Assembly: GCA_965233585.1 (NCBI GenBank)
Contig: CBDDTI010000747.1
Span: forward strand, 544,001 to 608,000
DNA length: 64,000 bases
Direction of reading: 5' to 3'
Source: a bacterium
GTDB taxonomy: Bacteria; SAR324; NAC60-12
In this document: in pieces, positions 27,690 through 38,315 of the stretch
How positions within the stretch are numbered: the stretch's first letter is position 1
How the letters are laid out: each line of letters opens with the position of its first letter
Position numbers and translations under genes: made by a program
The notes under the pieces: model-generated
Databases searched by the model: none
What the model was told of the DNA's origin: nothing
What the model saw: the letters and a program-made list of their open reading frames with translations, nothing else

Positions 27690-30350
27690 ATGGATGACAT
27701 GTTAAAAAAGCGGATGCTCATCAATGCAGAATATGATGAGACACGCATTGCAATAGTAGAAAATCAAAGACTAGAAAATTTTTACTTTGAAAAAATAGAG
27801 CAACACAGAAGGCGCGATAACATTTATTGTGCGGTTGTTGAAACGATTGAACCCTCTTTGCAAGCGGTGTTCATTAATTATGGTGGAAGAAGGCATGGCT
27901 TTTTGGCAATAGATGATGTCAATTTTGCTGCGCTTGGCATTGTGCAAGAGCCTCAAACAACTCTTAAAATTCAGGATATTCTCAAGATTGGGCAAAAAGT
28001 TTTAGTGCAAGGTCTGCGAGATGAAATTGGCAACAAATGTGCCTCTTTTTCAATGAATTTAAAGTTGCGTGGACGGTTCATGATTTTTTTGCCACACCAG
28101 AGGAACGGGATTGTCTCCAAAAAAATTACTGACCCCCAAGAACATCAACGTCTGAAGATTTTTATTGAGGGTTTAAAAAACTCTCATCAAGATTCCTCCG
28201 CTATCATTCGTTCCGTTTCAGAGGGGCGGAGTCTGTCTGACTTGAAAAAAGATTTTATTGCTTTGCAAGGTCAGTATCAAACCATCTGCCAGCAATTTTC
28301 CAAAGCAAGGGGTGGTTCTTTGCTTCAGCAGGAAGCAAGCACTGCGATACGCATCTTGCGTGAAGATTTTTCAGAAACTATGACAGAAGTTTGTGTTGAC
28401 CACCCTGAAACTTTTCAAGACGTCCAATATTTCTTCAAACAACACCTTCCTAAATACCAAAAGAACGTCAAACTTTATCTGGGGAATCGTTCTATTTTCA
28501 CAGAGTATGGAATTGAAAGGCAGGTTGAAGCCTTACAGTCTAGTCAGGTAGCGTTGCCCTCGGGTGGTGGAATTGTGATAGACCAGACGGAGGCGCTGGT
28601 TGCGATTGATGTCAATTCAGGCTCTGCACGACAAGGAGACTCTGTTGAAGAAACCGCCATTCGTACTAATCTTGAGGCAGTAGAAGAGATTGCCAAGCAG
28701 TTGCGGTTGCGAAATTTGGGCGGTTTGGTGGTCGTGGACTTCATTGATATGCGTTCTCCTGCCAATCGTAAAGAAGTTGTTGAGGCAATGCGGCTTGCAA
28801 CAAAAAGAGACCGCGCTCAGTTTAAACTTGGTGGAATTTCTAAGTTTGGCTTGTTTGAGATGAGTCGTCAACGCATGGACAGTAGTGTCATGCAAAATGT
28901 CCAAAACAGATGTCCAGCCTGTCGTGGTACAGGACTACAACCCACGTCTGAAACCAATGCAAATGATGTGTTGCGAAAAATCAGAGAAATTGCAGCACTA
29001 GAGCAGGTTATAAAAATTAAGGTCTTTGTTGACCATACTTTAGCAAGCCATTTGTTTAACTATAAACGTTCACATCTTGAAGAAATTGAATTGGCAAGCG
29101 GGGTGCAAGTCCTTTGGGAAATCAAGACACCTGATCTTTTGAATGGACAGACCATTTTTGAGTTTTTGCGTGCAGGGCAAAGCAGATACAAACAATTCGT
29201 TTTCCGAGATAAGCCTTTGCCCGCCCTTCCTAAAACTACTACACCTGAACATGACCCCGTTGAAAAAAAATTACCGGAGCCACCAGTCCCTAAAATACCT
29301 CACTTAAAGATCGTTTCAGAACAGACAGAAATTCCAAGTAAAAAGGAGGTTCCTACCCAAGAACAAACGTTGCAAATTCTTCCCTTCCCCCAAGAAAAGC
29401 AAGAGAAAGCAACGCCTCCAAAGACTGAAGAACGCATTCAAGTCATCTCTCAAGAAAAGACAGAATCAGCTCCGAACGAGGTCAAATCTGGCAAACTTTT
29501 TTCAAGTGTCCATCGTCCCTATCCTGAAGATGCAGTTCCCCTTCCTAAAATTCCTGAAAAGCAAAACCAGTGGCAGGACGTTCCTATCTTTACAACCATT
29601 TATCGCAGCGAACATCAAGAAGAAAACACTACCCAAGCACCTTTGATTGAAGCGATTGAAGATGAAGAGGCTCTGGCTAAACCTAAAAAGAAGGCAGTCA
29701 AAGCACCAACTAGAACAAAGAAGAAAGCAGATGCTTCCCCTGAAACAACAGAAGTCAATGCTGATGTGGTTCAACATAAGCAAACACCCGTTGAAGCCAA
29801 ACTTGATGAGTCTGTTCAAGCACCTTTGATTGAAGCGATTGAAGATGAAGAGGCTCTGGCTAAACCTAAAAAGAAGGCAGTCAAAGCACCAACTAGAACA
29901 AAGAAGAAAGCAGATGCTTCCCCTGAAACAACAGAAGTCAATGCTGATGTGGTTCAACATAAGCAAACACCCGTTGAAGCCAAACTTGATGAGTCTGTTC
30001 AAGCACCTTTGATTGAAGCGATTGAAGATGAAGAGGCTCTGGCTAAACCTAAAAAGAAGGCAGTCAAAGCACCAACTAGAACAAAGAAGAAAGCAGATGC
30101 TTCCCCTGAAACGACAGCAGTCAACGTTGATAGCAGTGCCTTAGCTGAACAAGCAACTGCTGAAACCAAACTTGATGAGTCTGTTCAAGCACCTTTGATT
30201 GAAGCGATTGAAGATGAAGAGGCTCTGGCTAAACCTAAAAAGAAAAAAACAACTACTGTTAAAAAAGAGGACAAACCTAAGAAGAAAGCAACCAGTAGAA
30301 AGAAAAAAACGGCATCTGATGACTCTGTTGCTGATGAAAAAAACTCATGA
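27690..30350 (+). CDS. rne: Ribonuclease E/G family with repeat-expanded C-terminal tail
   Basis: S1 domain (LQAVFINYG), TEALVAIDVNSG, LRLRNLGGLVVVDFIDM, CPACRGTG. Confidence 0.92.
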   Translation: MDDMLKKRMLINAEYDETRIAIVENQRLENFYFEKIEQHRRRDNIYCAVVETIEPSLQAVFINYGGRRHGFLAIDDVNFAALGIVQEPQTTLKIQDILKIGQKVLVQGLRDEIGNKCASFSMNLKLRGRFMIFLPHQRNGIVSKKITDPQEHQRLKIFIEGLKNSHQDSSAIIRSVSEGRSLSDLKKDFIALQGQYQTICQQFSKARGGSLLQQEASTAIRILREDFSETMTEVCVDHPETFQDVQYFFKQHLPKYQKNVKLYLGNRSIFTEYGIERQVEALQSSQVALPSGGGIVIDQTEALVAIDVNSGSARQGDSVEETAIRTNLEAVEEIAKQLRLRNLGGLVVVDFIDMRSPANRKEVVEAMRLATKRDRAQFKLGGISKFGLFEMSRQRMDSSVMQNVQNRCPACRGTGLQPTSETNANDVLRKIREIAALEQVIKIKVFVDHTLASHLFNYKRSHLEEIELASGVQVLWEIKTPDLLNGQTIFEFLRAGQSRYKQFVFRDKPLPALPKTTTPEHDPVEKKLPEPPVPKIPHLKIVSEQTEIPSKKEVPTQEQTLQILPFPQEKQEKATPPKTEERIQVISQEKTESAPNEVKSGKLFSSVHRPYPEDAVPLPKIPEKQNQWQDVPIFTTIYRSEHQEENTTQAPLIEAIEDEEALAKPKKKAVKAPTRTKKKADASPETTEVNADVVQHKQTPVEAKLDESVQAPLIEAIEDEEALAKPKKKAVKAPTRTKKKADASPETTEVNADVVQHKQTPVEAKLDESVQAPLIEAIEDEEALAKPKKKAVKAPTRTKKKADASPETTAVNVDSSALAEQATAETKLDESVQAPLIEAIEDEEALAKPKKKKTTTVKKEDKPKKKATSRKKKTASDDSVADEKNS
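29634..30243 (+). repeat. 183-bp (61-aa) intragenic tandem repeat, about 3.3 copies
   Basis: CAAGCACCTTTGATTGAAGCG starts at 29634, 29817, 30000 and 30186; first two units identical. Confidence 0.93.
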
Positions 30351-31219
30351 AGTGGGGAATCACTGGTGCAGGAGGAATGCTAGCACTGGATTTGCAAGAA
30401 GTTTTGAAATCTACCGAGAGAAAGTGGATTGCATGGGGAAGGTCAGAATTGGACATCGTCAACATGGAGAGTGTGCGGAACGCCTTGACACAGGAAAAAC
30501 CTGATGTAGTTGTGAACTGTGCCGCTTTCACCAAAGTTGACGAGGCGGAAGTCAGACAAACAGAAGCACTTGAGGTCAATGTTACAGGAGCAAAAAACCT
30601 TGCCAAAATCTGTGCAGACCTAAAAATCAAGCTCATTCATCTTTCCACAGATTTTGTGTTTGATGGCAATAGCAACTCCCCTTACGCTGTCCATGCTGAA
30701 TCAAACCCTATCAACTTTTATGGTAGGAGTAAGCGAGATGGAGAATTGGCTGTTTTACAAGCGGCTGACCAAAATCTTGTGTTGCGGGTGTCGTGGCTTT
30801 ACGGCAAGCATGGGACAAACTTTGTCAAAACCATGTTGAAGTTAGCCACCACTCAAAAAACTTTAAAAGTGGTTTCTGACCAACAGGGTTCTCCAACGTG
30901 GACGATGGACGCATCTCATGCACTGACCAAGCTGGCAGAAAGGAATGCCTGCGGCATCTTCCATTATTCAAATACAGGGATTTGTAGTTGGTACGAGTTT
31001 GCATCTAAAATTTTTCTAAAAGCTGATGAAGTAGGATTGATTCAGGACATTCCACAAATCCAACCCATTCCCACAACAGAATATCCAACGTTGGCAAAGC
31101 GTCCTGTGTTTTCAGCTTTGGACACAAGTGCCTATTACACACTTTGTCAAGAACAACCGCCTTTTTGGAAGGATAGTCTTGCACAAGCCCTTCCAAGTTT
31201 TTCAACTCCTTCAACTTAA
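30347..31219 (+). CDS. rfbD: dTDP-4-dehydrorhamnose reductase
   Basis: ITGAGGML, NCAAFTKVD, STDFVFDG, YGRSK, DQQGSPT. Confidence 0.93.
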   Translation: MKWGITGAGGMLALDLQEVLKSTERKWIAWGRSELDIVNMESVRNALTQEKPDVVVNCAAFTKVDEAEVRQTEALEVNVTGAKNLAKICADLKIKLIHLSTDFVFDGNSNSPYAVHAESNPINFYGRSKRDGELAVLQAADQNLVLRVSWLYGKHGTNFVKTMLKLATTQKTLKVVSDQQGSPTWTMDASHALTKLAERNACGIFHYSNTGICSWYEFASKIFLKADEVGLIQDIPQIQPIPTTEYPTLAKRPVFSALDTSAYYTLCQEQPPFWKDSLAQALPSFSTPST

Positions 31220-31226
31220 CTTCCCA

Positions 31227-32018
31227 TTGACCCAACTGCTCAAAACACTCATTGACCAGAGGTACATGATTCATGTCATGGCAATGAGTGATTTAAAAAA
31301 CCGCTATATTGAATCATTTTTTGGCTTTTTTTGGTCTGTGATTCAGCCGTGCTTACTAGTGGGAGTCTTTTGGTTTGTTTTTACACTTGGATTTAAAATT
31401 AATTCTCATGGAGAGTATCCTTTTCTCATCTGGTTTCTTTGTGGATTTGCACCATGGAGTCACTTTAGCGAGATGGTTCAACTGACAACACAATCTGTCG
31501 TCAATCACAAATCATTGATTAAAAAAACTCTTTTCCCTTCTGAAGTGCTTCCTTTTATTTACTTATTTTCCACAAGTGTCGGTCACTTCATCATGGTTGG
31601 TTTTTTGATTGTGATTGTTCCTTTTTATGAGATTCCTTTTTCGTGGTATTGGCTTCAATTACCATACTATTGGATTGCTATGAGCTTTTTTTCTGTAGGG
31701 TTAAGCTGGCTTGCCTCAGGTGTCAATGTGTTTTTGAGGGACATAGGTCAAATGATTCCAATCGTGATGCAGATTTGGTTTTGGGGAACACCTGTCTTTT
31801 GGCATCTTGGTATGTTTCCAGAAAGATACCACTGGATTTTAAAATCTAATCCTATGTTTTACATCATTCAAGGCTATCGTGATGCAGTCTTGTCAGAAAA
31901 ATGGTTCTGGGAGTCTAGCAATTTGACTCTGATGTATTGGATTGTGGCACTCACAGTTTTTATAGTTGGGGGGCTTTTATTTAAAAGATTGCAACGGGAA
32001 TTTGCTGACTTGATGTGA
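31227..32018 (+). CDS. wzm: Polysaccharide ABC transporter permease Wzm
   Basis: DLKNRY...GFFWSVIQP, LIKKTLFP, FLRDIGQ, NPM; start uncertain (TTG at 31227 avoids overlap with rfbD). Confidence 0.88.
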   Translation: MTQLLKTLIDQRYMIHVMAMSDLKNRYIESFFGFFWSVIQPCLLVGVFWFVFTLGFKINSHGEYPFLIWFLCGFAPWSHFSEMVQLTTQSVVNHKSLIKKTLFPSEVLPFIYLFSTSVGHFIMVGFLIVIVPFYEIPFSWYWLQLPYYWIAMSFFSVGLSWLASGVNVFLRDIGQMIPIVMQIWFWGTPVFWHLGMFPERYHWILKSNPMFYIIQGYRDAVLSEKWFWESSNLTLMYWIVALTVFIVGGLLFKRLQREFADLM

Positions 32019-32040
32019 CCCTTAAAAATTTGGAAACTGC

Positions 32041-33357
32041 ATGAAAACAGCGATTGAAGTCAACAACCTTTGCAAGTGTTACAAACTCTACAACTCCCAA
32101 CGAGAAAGGGTTTATGATTTTTTCAATCCTTTTCGTCAATACCACCGTGAATTTTGGGCATTGCAAGATGTCTCATTACAGATTGAATCAGGTCAAACAG
32201 TTGGGTTACTAGGCAAGAATGGTTCAGGAAAATCTACATTACTGCAAATTATTTCAGGCGTGTTGCATTCCACCCAAGGCAGTGTCAAAACTGACGGGAG
32301 AGTTGCGGCATTGCTTGAGCTGGGTGCAGGCTTTAATCCCAAATTTACAGGACGAGAGAATGTGATTTTAAACGGTGCATTGATGGGGCTGGGGCATCGT
32401 GAAATGAAGCAGAGACTACCCAAAATCATTGAGTTTTCAGAACTGGGAGATTTTGTTGACCAGCCTGTGTGGACGTATTCGTCAGGTATGTATGTCAGGC
32501 TTGCTTTTTCTGCTGCAATCCATGTTGATGCTGACATTTTAATTGTTGATGAAGCCTTAGCTGTGGGAGATGCCAAATTTCAACGAAAATGCTACCAGCA
32601 ATTTGAAAAATTCCGTGAACAAAAGAAAACAATTTTGCTGGTGACGCATGACACAGGAGCGGTAGCAAGGCATTGTGACCAAGTTGTCTTGATGAATCAA
32701 GGACGTTTAGTCAGCACGGGCGAACCACGTGAGATGATCAATCTTTATTCTGACCTCATGGCAGAAAAACTAGAAGATTTCAAAGCTGAGACAACCAGTA
32801 GCCCCAAAACTGATGCGACTCAAGAAGCAAAGCTGCAGCACTTTTTTGAATCAACTCATGCACAAGACCTTGTCTGCCAACGCAAAGCATACAACGAAAA
32901 AGAGTACAGATATGGAAGTTCGCAAGCTCAGATTATAGATTGCCTGTTGATTTGTGGGCATGAGCAAGACATCAGTGCTTTGACGTCTCACGATGAGTTA
33001 CAGATTTATCTCAAAGTATTGTTTCACCAAAAAGTAGAACAGCCCATTTATGGCATGAATATCAAAAGAGTTGATGGAATTGAGGTGTATGGCTCAAACA
33101 CACACTATGAAAAAGTCAATGTTTGTTCCCCTGATGCAGGGCAAACGATTGTTATTTCCATGTCTTTGACGATTCCCTTGACCAAAGGAGATTACTTTAT
33201 GAGCTTTGGCGTTGTTACAAGAGCAGGTCTTGAAGACATTGTACTTGACAGAAGATATGACATGATTCATTTACAGGTGCATCAATACAACCAAGCACTT
33301 GGGATTGTAGATTGTCGTGTTGCCATGAAACAACTTGAACCATCTTTTCATTCCTAA
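32041..33357 (+). CDS. wzt: Polysaccharide ABC transporter ATPase Wzt with C-terminal Wzt_C domain
   Basis: GKNGSGKST, YSSGMYVRLAFS, DEALAVGD. Confidence 0.92.
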   Translation: MKTAIEVNNLCKCYKLYNSQRERVYDFFNPFRQYHREFWALQDVSLQIESGQTVGLLGKNGSGKSTLLQIISGVLHSTQGSVKTDGRVAALLELGAGFNPKFTGRENVILNGALMGLGHREMKQRLPKIIEFSELGDFVDQPVWTYSSGMYVRLAFSAAIHVDADILIVDEALAVGDAKFQRKCYQQFEKFREQKKTILLVTHDTGAVARHCDQVVLMNQGRLVSTGEPREMINLYSDLMAEKLEDFKAETTSSPKTDATQEAKLQHFFESTHAQDLVCQRKAYNEKEYRYGSSQAQIIDCLLICGHEQDISALTSHDELQIYLKVLFHQKVEQPIYGMNIKRVDGIEVYGSNTHYEKVNVCSPDAGQTIVISMSLTIPLTKGDYFMSFGVVTRAGLEDIVLDRRYDMIHLQVHQYNQALGIVDCRVAMKQLEPSFHS

Positions 33358-33468
33358 CAAAATCTAATGAGAATTTTAGAACTTTGGTGAGAGTTTTGAA
33401 AAGTAAGGAATTGGTTTTGCATCTGACCTCCAATTAAGTTACAACGCTAGTTTTTTTTATTTTTTACT

Positions 33469-35100
33469 ATGACATATCCTATGAATTTCATACGTTTATT
33501 TTCTCTCTGTTCTTTGGGTCTTCCAATCTTTTTAACAGCATGTTCGTCTCTTTCTGAAAATGGCTCACTTCCCGTTTTCCAAGTTGACAAACCTTATACT
33601 GTGCCTGCCAGTCTTGTTGGGTCAGATTATCAAAAAAAAGTCTCATTCTCAGTTTTCAAAATAGACCCAGCTGAGTCTTATGCTTCCAATTTAGTTGGTG
33701 CAGAGTATGAAGTCGCTCCTGTTCAAATACAAAAAAAACCTCCCATTGTCGTTCCCCCTGTCAAAATAGTTTACAATCAGAGAGTGAGGCGATTGGTCAA
33801 CTTTTATTTGCATCGCAAACGTGAAGAATTAAAAAAAGGTATCAGACGTTCAGGGAGGTATGCAGAGCTGATCTCTCGTATATTGCGTGAAGAAAAAGCA
33901 CCTGCCAATTTAATCTACTTAGCAGGTGTAGAAAGCAATTACCAGATTCGTGCAAGGTCAAGAGCCAATGCTTTGGGAATGTGGCAATTTATTAGAAGTA
34001 CAGGAATTAGATTTAATTTAAAATCTAACCAATGGATTGATGAACGTTACGATGTGGAATCTTCTACGCGAGCAGCTGCGAGACTTTTGAAGTATCTTTA
34101 TAAACGTTTTGGCTCATGGGAGCTTGCTATGGCCGCTTACAATGCAGGTGGGGGCAGAGTACGCGCAGCCATTCGCAGAGCCAAAAGACTTGGGAAAAAG
34201 ACCGATTACTGGTCAATCATTCACTACTTACCACGTGAAACAAGGAATTATGTCCCAGCATTCATGGCTCTTAATATCATCTTCAATGATTTGGAGTCTT
34301 TTGGTTTATCAGATGTCAAGCTGGACAAGCCGATTCCTCAAGACCGAGTTGTCATTTCAACAAAATACTCACCTTATGAAGTGGCACAACGTCTCAAGCT
34401 ACGTTACCACGATGTGAAAGAACTCAATCATTTTTTGATTCGTGAGATTCCTCCTTTGACTGAAAAAACATATTATCTTTATATTCCCAAAGGTCACCAA
34501 GAGGCTCTTGAAGAATCTCTCACAAAGGATCCTAAACCTATTTTCGCCAAATGGAAGATTCAAGCAAGTTATGCTTATCGCTCTTCAACGATGATTCGTC
34601 TATTACAAAAACATGGCGACCGATTTTACGTAAGGGTGAGACGAGGCGACAGCTTGTGGTCTTTGGCAAGAAAATATCGCACCACGATTGGGCATTTGCG
34701 AGCATGGAATAACATCTATGGCACAAATCATCTTCACATTGGCAAAACCATTTCCCTTTATGCTCCAAACTGGAACTTTTTCCAGAAAATAGGTGCTTTG
34801 CAACAACAGCAAAACAAAAGGAAAAAAACCTTTGCCAGAAAAACTGTCAAAGTACCCAAATCAACTTATAGGTATCGTTCTACCCATCACATCAATTTGC
34901 TTGCAAAATATGGTGATAAATTTCATATTCGTGTCAGAAGAGGTGACAATTTATCAGTCATTGCCAAACGTTATCGCACGACAGTGAAACATCTTGTCAG
35001 GTGGAACAAAATCAAAAATGTCAGCTTTTTACGTATTGGACAACGACTTGTTGCATACCAACCAAATTCCAAATTTTTGCAAAAAATTAAAAAAACCTAA
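33469..35100 (+). CDS. mltD: MltD-like lytic transglycosylase lipoprotein with two LysM domains
   Basis: Lipobox LTAC, VES...ALGMWQF...AAYNAG...ETRNYV; VRRGDSLWSLA and VRRGDNLSVIA. Confidence 0.87.
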   Translation: MTYPMNFIRLFSLCSLGLPIFLTACSSLSENGSLPVFQVDKPYTVPASLVGSDYQKKVSFSVFKIDPAESYASNLVGAEYEVAPVQIQKKPPIVVPPVKIVYNQRVRRLVNFYLHRKREELKKGIRRSGRYAELISRILREEKAPANLIYLAGVESNYQIRARSRANALGMWQFIRSTGIRFNLKSNQWIDERYDVESSTRAAARLLKYLYKRFGSWELAMAAYNAGGGRVRAAIRRAKRLGKKTDYWSIIHYLPRETRNYVPAFMALNIIFNDLESFGLSDVKLDKPIPQDRVVISTKYSPYEVAQRLKLRYHDVKELNHFLIREIPPLTEKTYYLYIPKGHQEALEESLTKDPKPIFAKWKIQASYAYRSSTMIRLLQKHGDRFYVRVRRGDSLWSLARKYRTTIGHLRAWNNIYGTNHLHIGKTISLYAPNWNFFQKIGALQQQQNKRKKTFARKTVKVPKSTYRYRSTHHINLLAKYGDKFHIRVRRGDNLSVIAKRYRTTVKHLVRWNKIKNVSFLRIGQRLVAYQPNSKFLQKIKKT

Positions 35101-35957
35101 TGGATTCTAAAAAAAGCAAGCAAATTGGCATCATCTTTTGTTTGCTCTCTTTAGTTGGTTGTGGAGGTGGACTGTTTTTTTACCCTACGCAAGAAATTTA
35201 CACCCTGCCTGAACAAGTCAAGTTAGATTATGAAATTGTAGATTTTCAAAGCCGCGATGGCTTGCAGCTTAAAGGTTGGTTGATTCACTCCAAAACCCAA
35301 AAATCTCGTGGCGTTGTCGTGCAGTTTCATGGCAATGCAGAAAATATGACCTCGCATTTTCTATCGCTGGCATGGTTGCCCAAATACGGATTTGACCTTT
35401 TTGTTTTTGATTATAGAGGTTATGGAGCATCAGAGGGCAGTCCGACAATCAAAGGTGCGGTTTTTGACTCTGTTGCAGCAATAGAATACGTTGTCAAAAA
35501 ATTTCCAAATCAACCTATCATTTTAGTTGGTCAAAGTCTGGGAGGAGCATTGCTACTGGCGGCTTTGCATGAAGACCAAAGTCTTTTACAACAAGCCTCG
35601 TTTCAACTGATTGTGTTAGAAGGAGCATTTGCATCATATCAACAAATCATGCAAGAAAAGATGCAAGAGTCTTTCCTTCTTTATCCTTTCCAATGGCTGT
35701 CTTATGTCATGGTTAGTGATGTTTACGCACCAAAAAATTTGATTGCCAAAGAGAATGGTATCCCGTATTTAATCATCAGTGGAGACGATGACACGGTCGT
35801 CCCACCTCATCATTCCGACGCACTCTATCAACAAATTCAAGGCGAAAAATATCGTTGGAGTGTTCCCGGTGGCAGACATATAGACGCCTTTACAAGATTT
35901 GGAAAAATCTACCAACCTCGTTTTGACAAATTAGTACGCGAGCTTGCAACCCATTAA
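35100..35957 (+). CDS. Alpha/beta hydrolase lipoprotein
   Basis: LVGC lipobox, FHGNAEN, DYRGYG, GQSLGG, DTVVP, GGRH. Confidence 0.88.
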   Translation: MDSKKSKQIGIIFCLLSLVGCGGGLFFYPTQEIYTLPEQVKLDYEIVDFQSRDGLQLKGWLIHSKTQKSRGVVVQFHGNAENMTSHFLSLAWLPKYGFDLFVFDYRGYGASEGSPTIKGAVFDSVAAIEYVVKKFPNQPIILVGQSLGGALLLAALHEDQSLLQQASFQLIVLEGAFASYQQIMQEKMQESFLLYPFQWLSYVMVSDVYAPKNLIAKENGIPYLIISGDDDTVVPPHHSDALYQQIQGEKYRWSVPGGRHIDAFTRFGKIYQPRFDKLVRELATH

Positions 35958-35963
35958 AACTTC

Positions 35964-36902
35964 ATGCAATCACTTGCCTACAAACATTTATTGTTTGTCA
36001 TACCCTTACTTTTAATTCAGCCTTCCAATCCAATTGCTTTGAAGTATGCAATGTTTTCAGGTTGGCCTCCCTATTTGTTGGGAGCATTGCGTATGAGCAT
36101 GATTTCACTTTGTTTTATGATGTGGGTCTTGCTTGCCAAGCAATCCTTATTAGGTTCTGCCAAAGTGAGAAATTGGATTTTACCTGCCGCATTTTTCAAA
36201 GCACTTGGAATTTATTGCTTTTTCACGGCACTTAGTATGATTTCTGCAAGCCGTGTGATTATGCTTGCATCTTCTGCTCCCATTCTCAATTTGCTACTAG
36301 TGCAGATTTTTTTGAAACAAGAAAAAATTCGCTATCATCATGTGGTGGGGTTGCTCATTAGCCTTTGTGGTGTCACGCTTTTGCTCGCTTTTCGTTCTTT
36401 GCAAGAAGTCACTTTTGAGGACATTCACATTGAAGCAGGAGATTTGATTTTATTGCTTGGTCTGATTGCAACGGGATTTATGACGATTTGTGAAAAACAT
36501 GCTGTCACTCACGGTGCAACGCCTCAACAACTAGTCGCCTCAATCAATTTATTTTCAGTCCCTTTATTCGTCACATTGACTTTGTTTGAAGAACCAACCC
36601 AACAAAATTTTCCTACTTCTTTTGAATCATGGGGCGTCTTCATTTACCTTTTTTTGATTGGAACAATTCTTTTTTATTATCGCCGTTGGCTTTTGGTTCG
36701 TGTTCCTGTCACATTCCTCAACTCCTTAACGTATCTTGAAAGGGCTATCGGGATAGCCTATGCCATGATTTTTCTTGGTGAAACTGTTGCATTGATTAGC
36801 TTGATAGGATTTGGCATGATTTTAGGGGGTTCTACATTTGCAATCCAAAGAGATTTACTTCACAAATCTCCCAAATTACCAGCTTCACTAAGCCAATCCT
36901 AA
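35964..36902 (+). CDS. DMT/EamA family transporter
   Basis: About 10 TM helices in two EamA-like halves (FLKQEKI; IFLGETV). Confidence 0.8.
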   Translation: MQSLAYKHLLFVIPLLLIQPSNPIALKYAMFSGWPPYLLGALRMSMISLCFMMWVLLAKQSLLGSAKVRNWILPAAFFKALGIYCFFTALSMISASRVIMLASSAPILNLLLVQIFLKQEKIRYHHVVGLLISLCGVTLLLAFRSLQEVTFEDIHIEAGDLILLLGLIATGFMTICEKHAVTHGATPQQLVASINLFSVPLFVTLTLFEEPTQQNFPTSFESWGVFIYLFLIGTILFYYRRWLLVRVPVTFLNSLTYLERAIGIAYAMIFLGETVALISLIGFGMILGGSTFAIQRDLLHKSPKLPASLSQS

Positions 36903-37104
36903 CATCAAAAAATTTAGTTTTTTTAGAAAAAAAGATGGGTGAGAAAAAGTGAGATGAACAGCAAAGAAGTAGAAAAAGATTAGAATGAGAGGAGCAGAAG
37001 ATGTTATCATCAGTCCCTGAATCTTGTGCAAAGCCTGATTATCTGTTGCTCACTGCAAATCAGCAAATTTAGAACATTAAAACCAAATACTATTTAAAAA
37101 TCTT

Positions 37105-37518
37105 ATGGCTTCTATTTTTACAAAAATTATTCAAAATTCATTACCGTCTGAAAAGATTTATGAAACAGCATCAGAAATTGCATTTTTGGATATTGAACCT
37201 GTTGCTTATGGGCATACGCTTGTTGTACCCAAACGAGAAGTTGCCTTGTTAGAGGAACTTCCTACGGAAGAGGCAGTTTGTTTGATGAAGACGTTGCAGA
37301 AGGTTGCGAAAGCTGTTTCCAGTGCCTATCAGCAGGCACACTACAACATTCTTTTGAATAATGGGAAAGATGCGGGGCAGGAAGTCCCTCACCTCCATTT
37401 TCATATCATTCCCCGCTTGACAGGTTCTGTTTGGCAACCTAGCCAAAAAATGAAATATGGAGCAGAGGATCTTCAAAAAACGGGAGAATTGATACGTTCT
37501 AAATTACTGATCAGCTAA
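37105..37518 (+). CDS. HIT family nucleotide hydrolase
   Basis: SIFTKII, GHTLVVPK, AGQEVPHLHFHIIPR. Confidence 0.95.
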   Translation: MASIFTKIIQNSLPSEKIYETASEIAFLDIEPVAYGHTLVVPKREVALLEELPTEEAVCLMKTLQKVAKAVSSAYQQAHYNILLNNGKDAGQEVPHLHFHIIPRLTGSVWQPSQKMKYGAEDLQKTGELIRSKLLIS

Positions 37519-37884
37519 TGCAGAACGTGCTTTTTGTTCAGAGTAGAAAAGACGATCGTCATTTTCAATGACCCAAATCTGACGATGCAATCCTTCTGGA
37601 TTGAAGGTCAAGTTATTGTCATGATTTTTCAAGTCTCCTTTGTGTAAGACAATTCCAAACGATTTAGTATTGTCTTTGACCTTGATGACAACTTTAGAGG
37701 CTGTCTGTTTGTAAGGTTTCAAAGGCAGCGAATGCTCCCAGTCACAAGACACAGAACCATCTAACGCACCTTCATCAATGTCCCAAACATAAGCTGTCCA
37801 ATCTTGGTAATCATTTTGGGAGCGGAGGTAGTAAAGTTCAACAGTTTTAAATTGTCTTCTTTTTGTCATTTTGAGATTAGCCAT
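37504..37884 (-). CDS. Stand-alone pullulanase-associated (CBM41-like) domain protein
   Basis: YYLRSQNDYQDWTAYVW...FGIVLHKGDLKN...QIWV matches the pullulanase N-terminal domain pattern. Confidence 0.65.
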   Translation of the reverse strand: MANLKMTKRRQFKTVELYYLRSQNDYQDWTAYVWDIDEGALDGSVSCDWEHSLPLKPYKQTASKVVIKVKDNTKSFGIVLHKGDLKNHDNNLTFNPEGLHRQIWVIENDDRLFYSEQKARSALADQ

Positions 37885-37940
37885 TTTTAATTTAAAGAGA
37901 TAAGATGGGTCATTTTAACAATTTCTAGCTCAAGAGTAAA

Positions 37941-38315
37941 GTGATGCCTATAAAAAAAGTCATTTTAGTAGAAGATAACGAGAATAACCAGTTGTTGATA
38001 CAGGATATTTTTTATAAATATAGAAAGGAGTATGAGCTGGTTGTGATTGATTCATCAGAAGAGGCGTTGGCTTATTTAACCTCCAATTCATTTGATTTGC
38101 TCTTGCTGGATATGCGACTACCTAAAATTTCAGGTTGGGAAGTAGCTAGAATTTTGCGAGACCAACATCATTGCCAAAATCCTATCATTGCTGTTACAGC
38201 ACATGCCATGAAAGGAGACCGCGAACGTTCCCTTGAGGCAGGCTGTAATGACTTCATTACAAAGCCCATTCAAAAAGAGACTTTGCTTGAAAAAGTCAGG
38301 CATTGGACGTCCTGA
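37941..38315 (+). CDS. Single-domain response regulator (DivK-like)
   Basis: LVEDN, LLDMRLP, AVTAHAMKGDRERSLEAGCNDFITKP. Confidence 0.92.
   Translation: MMPIKKVILVEDNENNQLLIQDIFYKYRKEYELVVIDSSEEALAYLTSNSFDLLLLDMRLPKISGWEVARILRDQHHCQNPIIAVTAHAMKGDRERSLEAGCNDFITKPIQKETLLEKVRHWTS

Noticed and set aside
29502..30012. Short repeated ORFs (60 aa x2; 166 aa antisense)
   Set aside because: Alternative frames of the rne 183-bp repeat.
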